A DNA stretch of 64,000 nt. Source: Bacteroidales bacterium. GTDB taxonomy: Bacteria; Bacteroidota; Bacteroidia; Bacteroidales; UBA10428. Positions 54,551 through 64,000 of this stretch are shown here, one piece after another. Position numbers and translations under genes: made by a program. Each line of letters begins with the position of its first letter. The first letter of the stretch is position 1. The stretch lies in assembly GCA_035299085.1 (NCBI GenBank), contig DATGXG010000002.1:70066-134065 (forward strand), read 5' to 3'. Below the pieces are notes generated by a model. It was given only the letters and a program-made list of their open reading frames with translations. It was not told where the DNA came from and made no database searches.

Positions 54551-55783
54551 ATGAAACTCATTCATAACAGGTACCAGATCAGCGGTGTAGACGCCGTTGA
54601 TCTTGTTGAAAAATACGGATCTCCCGTTTATGTGTACGACACAGCTAAAATGAAGCTGCAGTATGATAAACTGCTTCATGCTTTTCGCGAAATAAAAGTA
54701 AAGGTAAACTTTGCCTGCAAAGCCCTGAATAATATAAATGTATTGAGGTTTTTTAAAAATACGGGCAGCGGCCTTGATGCTGTTTCCATACAGGAAGTGC
54801 AACTGGGGCTGAAAGCCGGTTTTGCTCCGCAGGACATTATTTTTACACCCAACTGTGTATCAATCGAGGAAATTTCAGAAGGGGTGAAACTCGGTGTGCG
54901 GATCAACATCGACAATATTTCCATCCTGGAGCAATTCGGAAATATTTACGGAAATAAAGTTCCGGTATGTATCCGGATCAATCCGCATATTTTCGCAGGC
55001 GGAAACCAGAAAATATCAACCGGACATATTGATTCTAAATTCGGTATTTCCACATACCAGATGCCTCATGTTCACCGGGTGGTGGAAGCCACCAACATCA
55101 GGGTCGAAGGTCTTCACCTGCACACGGGTTCGGATATTCTGGATGTTGAAGTTTTCCTGAGGGCTGCCGAAATTATGTTTGACGTGGCCAAAAGTTTTCC
55201 GGGCCTTGAATACATTGACTTCGGAAGCGGTTTCAAAGTACAGTACAAGCCTGATGATTATTTCACCGATTTGGAAAACCTGGGAAAAGAACTCAGCAAA
55301 CGGTTTAAAAAGTTCTGCAAGGAATATGGCAAGGACCTGACCCTGATTTTCGAACCCGGAAAGTTCCTTGTAAGTGAAGCAGGTTTATTTTTTGCACGGG
55401 TTAATGTGGTTAAGCAAACTTTGTCCACTGTTTTTGCAGGTGTGGATACCGGCTTGAATCACCTTATAAGGCCTATGTTTTACGATGCCTATCACCAGAT
55501 CATCAATGTTTCGAATCCGAAAGGGAAACTCAGAATATATACGGTAGTTGGCTATATATGTGAAACCGATACATTCGGCTGGAACCGGAAAATGAATGAA
55601 ATCCGTGAAGGTGATTATCTCGCCTTTCTGAATGCCGGTGCTTATTGCTTTACTATGGCATCAAATTACAATTCCCGCTTAAGACCTCCTGAAGTTCTCA
55701 TTCATGAAGGAAAGGATTACCTGGTGAGGGAAAGAGAAACTCTTGATGATCTCCTGAAGAACCAGATCATTCTGGAATTATAA
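54551..55783 (+). CDS. lysA: Diaminopimelate decarboxylase
   Basis: About 410 aa from ATG 54551 (MKLIHNRYQISGVD...GSPVYVYD). FACKAL PLP-lysine, HLHTGS, EPGK. Confidence 0.9.
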   Translation: MKLIHNRYQISGVDAVDLVEKYGSPVYVYDTAKMKLQYDKLLHAFREIKVKVNFACKALNNINVLRFFKNTGSGLDAVSIQEVQLGLKAGFAPQDIIFTPNCVSIEEISEGVKLGVRINIDNISILEQFGNIYGNKVPVCIRINPHIFAGGNQKISTGHIDSKFGISTYQMPHVHRVVEATNIRVEGLHLHTGSDILDVEVFLRAAEIMFDVAKSFPGLEYIDFGSGFKVQYKPDDYFTDLENLGKELSKRFKKFCKEYGKDLTLIFEPGKFLVSEAGLFFARVNVVKQTLSTVFAGVDTGLNHLIRPMFYDAYHQIINVSNPKGKLRIYTVVGYICETDTFGWNRKMNEIREGDYLAFLNAGAYCFTMASNYNSRLRPPEVLIHEGKDYLVRERETLDDLLKNQIILEL

Positions 55784-55794
55784 AACCTAATGAT

Positions 55795-56739
55795 ATGTTG
55801 CGGCCCGGAATCGTCCTTCTGGATGCATATACCCTGGGTGAAATGAGCTTTTATCCCCTGACTAAACTGGGGAATCTAGCCGTTTATCCTGTAACTCCCA
55901 TGGATAAGCGCATAGAGCGCATTTCGGGCAGGGAAATTGTCATCACTAATAAAGTGGTGATTGATAAAACAGTGATGGACGCCTGCCCCGATCTCCGGTT
56001 GATATGCGTTGCCGCCACAGGGATGAACAATGTGGATTTGGCCTGTGCGGAATCAAAGGGAATTATTGTCAGAAATGTTGCCGGCTATTCCACTCAGAGT
56101 GTGGTTCAGCATACTTTTTCGCTTCTTTTTTACCTGATGGAACACTTGCCGTATTACGACAATTACGTAAAATCGGGGCAATATTCCCGGGGCGACCTGT
56201 TTACCCACCATGGAAGGCCTTTTAATGAACTTGCCGGCAAAACCTATGGTATAATCGGTTTGGGAACAATCGGTAAAAGAATTGCAGATGTTGCCAGTGC
56301 GTTTGGCGCCCGTGTAATTTATTATTCCACAAGCGGAAAAAATCTCAATACCGGGTATACCCACGTAAAACTAAGCGAACTGCTTACTGAAAGCGATATC
56401 GTTTCGGTTCACTGTCCGTTGAATGAATCGACAAAAGACCTCATCACGTATGAGGAGCTTCGGAAAATGAAGAGCTCGGCTATTCTTATCAATGCCGGCA
56501 GAGGAGGCATAGTGAATGAACTTGACCTGGCATCGGCGCTTGATGAAGAACTGATCGCCGGAGCCGCATTGGATGTTCTATCCAAAGAGCCTCCTGATGC
56601 GGATAACCCACTGTTTCAAATACGATTTCCTGAACGGTTGGTCTTTACACCCCACATTGCATGGGCAAGCATTGAATCACGAGAAAGGCTTTTAAGCCGG
56701 ATCGTTGAGAATATCAGCGAGTATCTCGGTAAACGATAA
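55795..56739 (+). CDS. D-isomer-specific 2-hydroxyacid dehydrogenase (glycerate dehydrogenase-like)
   Basis: 314 aa. GIIGLGTIGKRIA NAD motif, LINAGRGGIVNE, TPHIAWAS. Confidence 0.85.
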   Translation: MLRPGIVLLDAYTLGEMSFYPLTKLGNLAVYPVTPMDKRIERISGREIVITNKVVIDKTVMDACPDLRLICVAATGMNNVDLACAESKGIIVRNVAGYSTQSVVQHTFSLLFYLMEHLPYYDNYVKSGQYSRGDLFTHHGRPFNELAGKTYGIIGLGTIGKRIADVASAFGARVIYYSTSGKNLNTGYTHVKLSELLTESDIVSVHCPLNESTKDLITYEELRKMKSSAILINAGRGGIVNELDLASALDEELIAGAALDVLSKEPPDADNPLFQIRFPERLVFTPHIAWASIESRERLLSRIVENISEYLGKR

Positions 56740-56742
56740 GCT

Positions 56743-59700
56743 TTACAAGTACCTGCTGATTACAGCCATAAAATCATTGGGCTTGATCGGCTTTGAAATA
56801 TAATCATCAAATCCTGCATTCATGAAATGAAGCCGGTCCTCAGGCCGTGCGTAAGCTGTTATGGCAATGACTGTCTGCCTGGGATTGGCCGCCTTTACCT
56901 TTTTTGTGGCTTCATAACCGTCCAATACCGGCATTTTGATATCCATCAGTATTATATCATACTTAATTCCTGAGGCAGCCAGTTTAACAGCGTCAAGTCC
57001 GTTTTCAGCCCAATGTACATTTACATTCATCCTGTTCAGCATTTTCTTTGCATACAGGTAATTGGCTTTCTCATCTTCTACAATAAGGATTTCTTTTTCG
57101 CCTTTTTTAGCCTTATGTTTGGTTGGTTGTAATGACTTTTTCGGAATACTGGCAAAGGAAACCTTCTCCCATGGGATCATGAGGAAGAAAGTAGAACCCA
57201 CGTTCAATTCTGATTCCATAGAAATGGTTGCCCCGAGCAATCCCGACATAGCTTTACAAATGGCAAGTCCTAAACCTGTTCCCCTGTAAAGTGTGTCACT
57301 TTGTTCCATACTTTTTCTGAACCTCTCAAATACAAGGTGCTGTTCACCCTGTTTAATTCCGATACCTGAATCCTGCACATAGATCATAAGCTGTTCATCT
57401 TTACGAACGGCACCAAGTTCGACAAATCCTTTGGATGTAAATTTGCAGGCGTTACTCAGCAGGTTTGTAAGAATCTGGGTTATTCTTACCCGGTCAGAAA
57501 ACAATAAAATATTCAGCTCATGCAACTCGTTGTTCAACCTGATATTCACATCACGGTTCCGGTTCATAAGAGAAAATGAAGAATACAAATGATCAAGTAC
57601 TTCATTCAGATTGAAATCCTCTTTTCTTATTACCAGTTGATTTGCCTCTATAAGGGATAAATCGAGAATATCATCTATAAGAACAAGAAGTGTTTCCGAA
57701 TTGGAATTGATGATATCGATGAATTCTGTTTTTTCATCTTCATTCAGATTTTTTTCTTTCAGAAGATTGGCAAATCCCACGATGGCATTCATCGGAGTAC
57801 GGATCTCATGCGACATGTTGGCAAGGAAAGCCGATTTAAGCCTGTCGGATTCTTCCGCCTTTCGAAAGGCTACTTCGAGTTCACCTGTTCTTTGGGCAAT
57901 AAGGTTTTCAAGGTTCTGCCTGTGGTCTTCCAACTCCTTATTCTGTTTCAATATTTCTGCGCTCATTTGAGATAATTGTTCATTCTGAGCTGCAATTTCC
58001 TCATGCTGCTGTATTAACTTGTTATGCTGGTCTTTCAGCATGGTATTGGCATCGAATAATTCCTTTGTTCTTTCTTTAACTGTTTTCTCCAGAAACAACT
58101 GGTTCTTTTTCAGGTTTCTAACTCTTCCATAGTAAATGATTAAAGCTGCAGCCAATAAAATCATAGCGAATAATACCCTGAACAACCACGAGTGCCAAAG
58201 CGGTGTTTTTATTTGTACCTGTATTTCTCTGCCAATTAAATTCCAATATCCATGGCTGTTTGAAGCAATCACCCTGAAAGTATAATTGCCCGGAGGAAGA
58301 TTCTGATAATTTGCTTTGTTTACGTTGCCCGACTTTATCCAATCCTTATCATAGCCTTTCAGCATATATTTAAACTGGTTGCCTTCTGAATTTACATAAT
58401 GAAGGGCCGCAAAAGCAAACCCAATGTTATTTTGTTTGTAGGAGAGTTTAATTACCGGTTTATTGGATGAAAAGAATTCAGAATTCCTCAAAGGTATGCT
58501 ATTCACTGTAATTCCGGTAATTACAACTTTGGGTGATAAAGTGTCATCGCTTATGTTTTCGGGTTCAAACCGGATCAGACCCTTGGAGCTTCCAATGTAA
58601 ATAATCTGATCATCGGTTACAGCACCTGAATTCGGATTGCAAGCAATATACCTTATGTCATCACTTACCGAGTAGTCGCGAAATTTCTCAGATTTCAAAT
58701 CAAAGCTCAGAATTCCGGCATTTGTGCCTAACCAAAAGACATTGTTTTTATCCGGGGTAATTTGGAGAATGGTTCGCAAATTACCGTTCACTTCCGAGTA
58801 AAACTGGATTGATTTATTGGTTTCCCTGTTATATTTAAACAATGCTTTTTCTGTGCCTAACCATAAATTCCCGTTAGAGTCATCATAAATATCATAAACT
58901 GCCATAGATGATTGTAAGGGGTCAGTCGTAAATCCTATCCTGTCGAGTGTTTCAGTTTTCTCATTATAGCGGTTCAGTCCTGAAGCAGTTGCTATCCAGA
59001 TTATGCCCTGCTTATCTTCAATAATTTTAAAAACTAAATTGCTCCATAATCCATCGTGTTTTGACGCATCAAATGCAAATCTTCTGCTTATTTTGTTTTT
59101 ACTGTTATACATCACCAAACCGCGGCTCATGCTGCCGAACCAAAATCGATTCCGGCTGTCAACAAAAGTCCGCACGGCATCAGGATATGAATCAGAACCG
59201 GAAAGGCCGGGAAGACTTTTCAATCGCTCCACTTTACCACTCCTGATATCATAAACGTATAGACCATTAAGCCATGTGGCTATCCATATTTTTCCTTCAT
59301 GCTCAAACAAATCAAATACTGTAGTATTGCCGATTTCCGGAAGAAATCGTTCCATTGAACGTGTAATGGGATTAAACAAATAAAGGCCGTTATTCTCAGT
59401 ACCGGCAAGAATTTTCCCGTCATGCATTTTAAATATGGAGTAAACAGGATATGAGGCTTCAACAAGATATTCATCTGAAACGATATTAAGTATCCTTGAA
59501 AAACGCAGTGCTGCCTTGCTGTAGATACTCACTCCGTTATCAGAACTTGGTATCCAGATCACACTATCAGCAGACCTGAATGAACCTAACAGATGGTTGC
59601 TGCAAATTCCGAAGGGGTTACCCGGATTGTAATTATAGTGTATTGTTCGGCCACTATTTGTATCTAACAGATAGAACCCGTCATTTAAAGTGGTAATAAG

Positions 59701-60588
59701 AAGAGCATTTTCTGAAAGATCAAGAATGGATGTTATGCAGTCAAAACGGTAAAATTCTTTTTTCGCAGTCAAAACCGGTATTTCTTTAACTTTTGATGTC
59801 AGGGGATCATATAAATACAAACTCTGTAAATGACTGTACCAGATTCGTTTTTGACGGTCAATATGAAGAACAGGATAAACCACAGGCTCATATGTAAATC
59901 CGAGATCAGGAATAATCTGTATGTTTTCAGACTTTCCTGTTAATGGATCAAACTTTATAAGAAGGCCGTGGGGCGATGAAATCCAGAGTTTTCCGGATGG
60001 GTCTTCGGCAATGCATGCCAGGTTATTCGATCCCGGTGAGGAACTGTCCCCCTTGATATGTTGAAAATGGATAAATGTACTGTCCTTAGGATTATATAAA
60101 TTCAAACCTGCATTGGATGTCGTAATCCAAATATTACCATGTGAATCGCGGTAAATAAACCTGACCCTGTTACTGCTTAAACTACCGGGATTTCCCGGTT
60201 TGTTCTTAAACCTTACTGTAAGTTCAGTGATCTTATTAACGACAACCACACCACTGCTGTCATTTAAAAACCACATATTACCTGCAACATCTTCGGTTAT
60301 ACCGGTTGTACTCTGAAGGTAGCGCATGGTAGTATCCTTGATGAACCTGAAATAATTATAAAAATCTTTTCCATCATACCTGTCAGTACCGGCTTCACCG
60401 CCGAACCACATAAACCCATCCTTGTCCTGAAAAATACGTCTTATATCATCGGTCGAAAGACCATCCTGAACACCAATATGTTTGAAACTGAGATGTGGCA
60501 ACTGGGCCTGGAGTGAAATGTCTGCCGAAAGAAGAAGGAATCCAGGCAACACAGAAATCATGAGCCTTGAAAATAGGGTGATTTTCAT
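56743..60588 (-). CDS. Hybrid sensor kinase with periplasmic two-component-regulator propeller and Y_Y_Y domains, HisKA/HATPase and REC. No DNA-binding output domain.
   Basis: 1281 aa. Signal/TM, reiterated propeller-blade motifs (..G.LW.GT..GL..), single TM WLFRVLFAMILLAAALIIYYG, H-box SHEIRTPMNAI, REC ending at the C-terminus. Confidence 0.88.
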   Translation of the reverse strand: MKITLFSRLMISVLPGFLLLSADISLQAQLPHLSFKHIGVQDGLSTDDIRRIFQDKDGFMWFGGEAGTDRYDGKDFYNYFRFIKDTTMRYLQSTTGITEDVAGNMWFLNDSSGVVVVNKITELTVRFKNKPGNPGSLSSNRVRFIYRDSHGNIWITTSNAGLNLYNPKDSTFIHFQHIKGDSSSPGSNNLACIAEDPSGKLWISSPHGLLIKFDPLTGKSENIQIIPDLGFTYEPVVYPVLHIDRQKRIWYSHLQSLYLYDPLTSKVKEIPVLTAKKEFYRFDCITSILDLSENALLITTLNDGFYLLDTNSGRTIHYNYNPGNPFGICSNHLLGSFRSADSVIWIPSSDNGVSIYSKAALRFSRILNIVSDEYLVEASYPVYSIFKMHDGKILAGTENNGLYLFNPITRSMERFLPEIGNTTVFDLFEHEGKIWIATWLNGLYVYDIRSGKVERLKSLPGLSGSDSYPDAVRTFVDSRNRFWFGSMSRGLVMYNSKNKISRRFAFDASKHDGLWSNLVFKIIEDKQGIIWIATASGLNRYNEKTETLDRIGFTTDPLQSSMAVYDIYDDSNGNLWLGTEKALFKYNRETNKSIQFYSEVNGNLRTILQITPDKNNVFWLGTNAGILSFDLKSEKFRDYSVSDDIRYIACNPNSGAVTDDQIIYIGSSKGLIRFEPENISDDTLSPKVVITGITVNSIPLRNSEFFSSNKPVIKLSYKQNNIGFAFAALHYVNSEGNQFKYMLKGYDKDWIKSGNVNKANYQNLPPGNYTFRVIASNSHGYWNLIGREIQVQIKTPLWHSWLFRVLFAMILLAAALIIYYGRVRNLKKNQLFLEKTVKERTKELFDANTMLKDQHNKLIQQHEEIAAQNEQLSQMSAEILKQNKELEDHRQNLENLIAQRTGELEVAFRKAEESDRLKSAFLANMSHEIRTPMNAIVGFANLLKEKNLNEDEKTEFIDIINSNSETLLVLIDDILDLSLIEANQLVIRKEDFNLNEVLDHLYSSFSLMNRNRDVNIRLNNELHELNILLFSDRVRITQILTNLLSNACKFTSKGFVELGAVRKDEQLMIYVQDSGIGIKQGEQHLVFERFRKSMEQSDTLYRGTGLGLAICKAMSGLLGATISMESELNVGSTFFLMIPWEKVSFASIPKKSLQPTKHKAKKGEKEILIVEDEKANYLYAKKMLNRMNVNVHWAENGLDAVKLAASGIKYDIILMDIKMPVLDGYEATKKVKAANPRQTVIAITAYARPEDRLHFMNAGFDDYISKPIKPNDFMAVISRYL

Positions 60589-60682
60589 GGATTAAAGGCT
60601 TTAGGGATATACTTTTAAAGTAACAAAAATTCCCGAATATTCCAAAGGAAGTTTCCAACCGGCTAATTCCTGCAAATTATTG

Positions 60683-60690
60683 TATTTTTG
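60683..60690 (+). promoter_or_regulatory. Candidate -7 box (TATTTTTG) for aguB-aguA
   Basis: 16 nt upstream of the ATG at 60706. It overlaps the TTG at 60688 used by the ORF track. Confidence 0.45.
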
Positions 60691-60705
60691 CTTGCTAAAA
60701 TTCAT

Positions 60706-61587
60706 ATGCTGAACATGCAGGAACAACGGATAAAAATAGGACTTGTGCAACACAGCTGTGCCGAAGATGTAAATGTCAACCTCGACAGGGCAATCCAGGG
60801 GATAACGACCGCAGCAAGAAGTGGTGCAAATATTGTGTGCCTTCAGGAACTGTTCATGACCCGTTATTTCTGTGATACAGAAGACTACCAGAATTTCAAC
60901 TATGCCGAGATCATCCCGGGACCTACCACTACAAAATTCCAGGAACTGGCAAAGGAACTCAACGTGGTTATAGTAGCCTCTTTATTTGAAAAACTCGATG
61001 CAGGTGTATACTTCAATACCGCTGCTGTTATTGATGCCGATGGTTCATACCTTGGCAAATACAGGAAAAGCCATATTCCTGATGATCCGGGTTATTATGA
61101 AAAGTTTTATTTTTCACCCGGGGATACAGGTTACAAGGTGTTTCCTACCCGTTACGGCAGAATCGGTGTGCTGGTTTGCTGGGATCAATGGTATCCGGAA
61201 GCCGCCAGGATCACCAGCCTGATGGGCGCACAAATACTTTTTTATCCTACTGCCATTGGCTGGGCTACTTCGCAGACTACTGGCGTAAATGAAGAACAGT
61301 ACCAGGCCTGGCAAACCATACAGCGGTCACATGCCATTGCCAACGGGGTGCATGTTGTAGCCGTTAACCGCTGTGGTTTTGAAAAGGAAATGCAATTCTG
61401 GGGCGGATCTTTCGTTGCGAATCCGTTCGGTTCTGTGATTTACCAGGGACCTCATGATACCGAAGATACCCATGTTGTCGAAATTGATCTTTCAGAATCG
61501 GATTTCTACAGGGTTCACTGGCCTTTCATGCGCGATCGAAGGATTGATACATACAACCCTCTCATTAACCGCTATTTAAAATCCTGA
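60706..61587 (+). CDS. aguB: N-carbamoylputrescine amidase (carbon-nitrogen hydrolase)
   Basis: Nitrilase-superfamily Glu/Lys/Cys triad context (CLQELF, YRKSHIP, LVCWDQWYPE). Adjacent to aguA. The start could also be ATG 60715. Confidence 0.85.
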   Translation: MLNMQEQRIKIGLVQHSCAEDVNVNLDRAIQGITTAARSGANIVCLQELFMTRYFCDTEDYQNFNYAEIIPGPTTTKFQELAKELNVVIVASLFEKLDAGVYFNTAAVIDADGSYLGKYRKSHIPDDPGYYEKFYFSPGDTGYKVFPTRYGRIGVLVCWDQWYPEAARITSLMGAQILFYPTAIGWATSQTTGVNEEQYQAWQTIQRSHAIANGVHVVAVNRCGFEKEMQFWGGSFVANPFGSVIYQGPHDTEDTHVVEIDLSESDFYRVHWPFMRDRRIDTYNPLINRYLKS

Positions 61588-61588
61588 C

Positions 61589-62641
61589 GTGTCATCCAAG
61601 AATTTGAAAACTCCCAGGGAATCGGGATACCGTTTTCCGGCTGAATGGATAAAACATGCATCCACCTGGTTAAGCTATCCGCACAATGAAGCTTCATGGC
61701 CCGGAAAAATTCATACGATATTCCCCTATTATAATCGTTTTATTAAAGAGCTTGCCAGGGGCGAAACGGTTAACATCAATGTGGTCGATGGTGAAATGAT
61801 GAAAAGGGTTCAGGAAGAGCTGTTGAAAATTGAAACCCGGATGGACAACATCAGGCTGCACCTGCATCCTACAAACGATGCCTGGTGCAGGGATCATGGT
61901 CCCGCGTTCGTTATCAGTCCTTCTTCGGATCAACCCAAAGCCATTGTGAGCTGGAATTACAACGGCTGGGGTGGCAAATACCCGGCTGAGCTTGATAACC
62001 AAATACCTGATCGCATAGCAGGTTTGCTGAATCTGCCTGTTTTTTACCCGGGGATTGTGATGGAAGGCGGATCGGTTGATTTCAACGGAAAAGGTACCAT
62101 TCTCACAACTACATCGTGCCTGCTGAATCCGAACCGTAACCCGGAACTGAACCAGGAACAGATTGAGAAATATCTTCTCGATTATTATGGCGCTGACCAC
62201 GTGATATGGCTTGGCGACGGAATTGACGGCGATGACACCGACGGGCATATTGACGATCTTACGAGGTTTGTGAATGAAGATACCGTCATTACAATGGTAG
62301 AGGCTAATAAATCCGATGCCAATTATTTACCGTTAAAAGAAAACCTGAAACAACTTACAAAATGCAGGCTGTCAAACGGAAAGCAATTGAATATCGTTGA
62401 AATTCCGATGCCTGAACCTATGTATTACCAGGATCAGCGGCTCCCTGTTTCCTATGCCAACTTTTATATTGCCAACGCAGGCGTAATGCTCCCGGTATAC
62501 CGGTGCAAACAGGATGATAAAGCGGTTTACCTTCTTGAGGACTGTATTAAAGACAGGCCGGTTATTGCTCTCGACTCTGTTGAAATTATCTGGGGATTAG
62601 GAAGCTGGCACTGTTTGAGCCAGCAGGAACCTCAAAACTAG
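61589..62641 (+). CDS. aguA: Agmatine deiminase
   Basis: 350 aa. RFPAEW, WCRDHGP, DGHIDD and C-terminal GSWHCLSQQ catalytic Cys motifs. GTG start 1 nt after the aguB stop. Confidence 0.9.
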   Translation: MSSKNLKTPRESGYRFPAEWIKHASTWLSYPHNEASWPGKIHTIFPYYNRFIKELARGETVNINVVDGEMMKRVQEELLKIETRMDNIRLHLHPTNDAWCRDHGPAFVISPSSDQPKAIVSWNYNGWGGKYPAELDNQIPDRIAGLLNLPVFYPGIVMEGGSVDFNGKGTILTTTSCLLNPNRNPELNQEQIEKYLLDYYGADHVIWLGDGIDGDDTDGHIDDLTRFVNEDTVITMVEANKSDANYLPLKENLKQLTKCRLSNGKQLNIVEIPMPEPMYYQDQRLPVSYANFYIANAGVMLPVYRCKQDDKAVYLLEDCIKDRPVIALDSVEIIWGLGSWHCLSQQEPQN

Positions 62642-63837
62642 TCAATTACCCCCGACCCCACCAGTTCATCCCCGTCATACCATGCCGCGAACTGGCCGGA
62701 GGTTATGCCCCGCTGCCTTTTATCAAAAATAATGTGCAGTCCCTCTTCCTTCATATATAACGTAGAATCCTGCAAGGGCTGACGGTACCTGACCCGTGTG
62801 AGCTGTTTTCTTATTTCACCCGGTTTCATGGCAAGATCACGCCGTATCCAGTGAATTTCACCGGCAGGTACAAACAATCCCCACCGGTTTAACCCGGGAT
62901 GCTCATGTCCCATGCCAACATAAAGCGTATTACTTTCAGTATCCGTATCGATTACAAACACCGGCTCTGCTTTGCCACCGATATTTAAACCTTTACGCTG
63001 TCCTATTGTGTAGAAATGAGCCCCTTCATGTTCACCGGCAACCAGTCCGTCCTTCACCTCATAATGAAAGGCTCCTGTAAGTGTTTCAGGATGTTCCTGT
63101 AAGCGGAGCCACTCCCTGTGGGCTTTTGAATAATCATCATACTCCGCACGATTTCCGGGTATTTCAATGATCAAACCATTCCGTGATTTCAGTTTTTGTT
63201 TCAGGAATTCGGGAAGATCCACTTTACCTACAAAACAAATTCCCTGGGAATCTTTTCTTTCGGCGGTTGCAAGGCCCTGTTGACGGGCAATATCCCTAAC
63301 CTCCTGTTTTAAAAGTCCCCCGATGGGAAAAACAGCACGACTTAGTTGTTCCTGTGACAACTGGCATAAGAAATAGCTCTGGTCCTTATTCGGATCGAGT
63401 CCCTTCAACAGCCGGTAAACGGGTTGTCCATCCACTACTGTTTCGTCTTTTCTGCAGTAATGACCAGTAGCTACAAGGTCGGCACCGTTTTCAAGGGCCG
63501 CTTTAATGAAAAGGTCGAACTTAACTTCACGGTTACATAATACATCGGGATTCGGTGTGTGTCCCCTCTGGTATTCGTTGAACATATAATCAACCACCCT
63601 CTTCCTGTATTCTTCACTGAAATCAACAGTGATGAGAGGTATATCAAGCTTGCGGGCAACGAGCTGCGCAAAGATCAGGTCATCGTTCCAGGGACAATCA
63701 CCGGCCAGCGTACCTGTTGTATCATGCCAGTTGATCATGAACATGCCGAAAACATCATACCCCTGTTCTTTTAACAGCCAGGCTGCGACACTTGAGTCAA
63801 CACCACCCGAAATACCAACTGCAATTTTTGCTTTCAT
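62638..63837 (-). CDS. mnmA: tRNA 2-thiouridine(34) synthase
   Basis: MKAKIAVGISGGVDSSV PP-loop start (ATG 63837), TPNPDVLCN, GHY..., DQSYFL. Confidence 0.93.
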   Translation of the reverse strand: MKAKIAVGISGGVDSSVAAWLLKEQGYDVFGMFMINWHDTTGTLAGDCPWNDDLIFAQLVARKLDIPLITVDFSEEYRKRVVDYMFNEYQRGHTPNPDVLCNREVKFDLFIKAALENGADLVATGHYCRKDETVVDGQPVYRLLKGLDPNKDQSYFLCQLSQEQLSRAVFPIGGLLKQEVRDIARQQGLATAERKDSQGICFVGKVDLPEFLKQKLKSRNGLIIEIPGNRAEYDDYSKAHREWLRLQEHPETLTGAFHYEVKDGLVAGEHEGAHFYTIGQRKGLNIGGKAEPVFVIDTDTESNTLYVGMGHEHPGLNRWGLFVPAGEIHWIRRDLAMKPGEIRKQLTRVRYRQPLQDSTLYMKEEGLHIIFDKRQRGITSGQFAAWYDGDELVGSGVID

Positions 63838-63867
63838 GAGGTGCAAAAATAGCAATAAAAAAAGGCC

Positions 63868-64000
63868 CGTCATTGCGAGGAGCGTGACAAAACTATGATT
63901 ATAGTAATAATTTATAGCGACGAAGCAATCTGCCAGAACAGGCAGAACCTTGCCAAGACAGACAATTCAAAAAGGTAGTTTGTCTTGGTAATGTCCTTCT
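63868..64000. repeat. Left half plus centre of another nested palindromic element copy, truncated by the window end
   Basis: cgtcattgcgaggagcg (63868-63884) ... tgattatagt ... gcgacgaagcaatctgcc (63917-63934) ... ccaagacagacaa/ttgtcttgg central hairpin. Confidence 0.75.

Noticed and set aside
54446-54802. 118-aa minus-strand ORF spanning the yidC/lysA junction, and similar <150-aa ORFs nested in pyrG, proS, the LptD-like gene, the hybrid kinases, etc.
   Set aside because: All lie entirely within, and antisense to or out of frame with, strongly supported conserved genes. None has a recognisable motif.

Overview
This window looks like a chromosomal core region of a Bacteroidota (Bacteroidia-like) genome. 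The assignment rests on TAnnTTTG -7 promoter boxes, near-absence of Shine-Dalgarno sites, DUF4293/DUF5916-type proteins and the glycoside-hydrolase content. Housekeeping genes: rny (3' part), pyrB-pyrI, dnaA, an amidase/LptD-like divergent pair, proS, trmD, two tRNA-Leu genes followed by aat, msrB, cysH, pyrG-yidC-lysA, aguB-aguA and mnmA. Carbohydrate modules: GH127; a DUF5916/CBM9-like protein; GH130 mannosylglucose phosphorylase plus cellobiose 2-epimerase; and a regulator-controlled locus with a GH140-like enzyme, a DMT sugar permease and three oxidoreductase/isomerase genes. There are also two hybrid sensor kinases and a cell-wall recycling pair (AmgK-like kinase fused to a RapZ C-terminal domain, plus a MurU-like enzyme). 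I found no transposase, integrase, CRISPR array or recognisable defence genes. The most unusual coding locus is at 13.1-16.2 kb: a secreted Tyr/Gly/Pro- and Ser-rich low-complexity protein, with the only canonical SD in the window, followed by a dedicated beta-barrel outer-membrane protein and a terminator. The most unusual non-coding property is that nearly every intergenic spacer at gene 3' ends is filled with short-period tandem or inverted 'word' repeats and with copies of a nested palindromic REP/MITE-like element. One copy of that element supplies the C-terminus and stop codon of aat. All functional calls come from reading the translated ORFs and motifs by eye; no searches were run.
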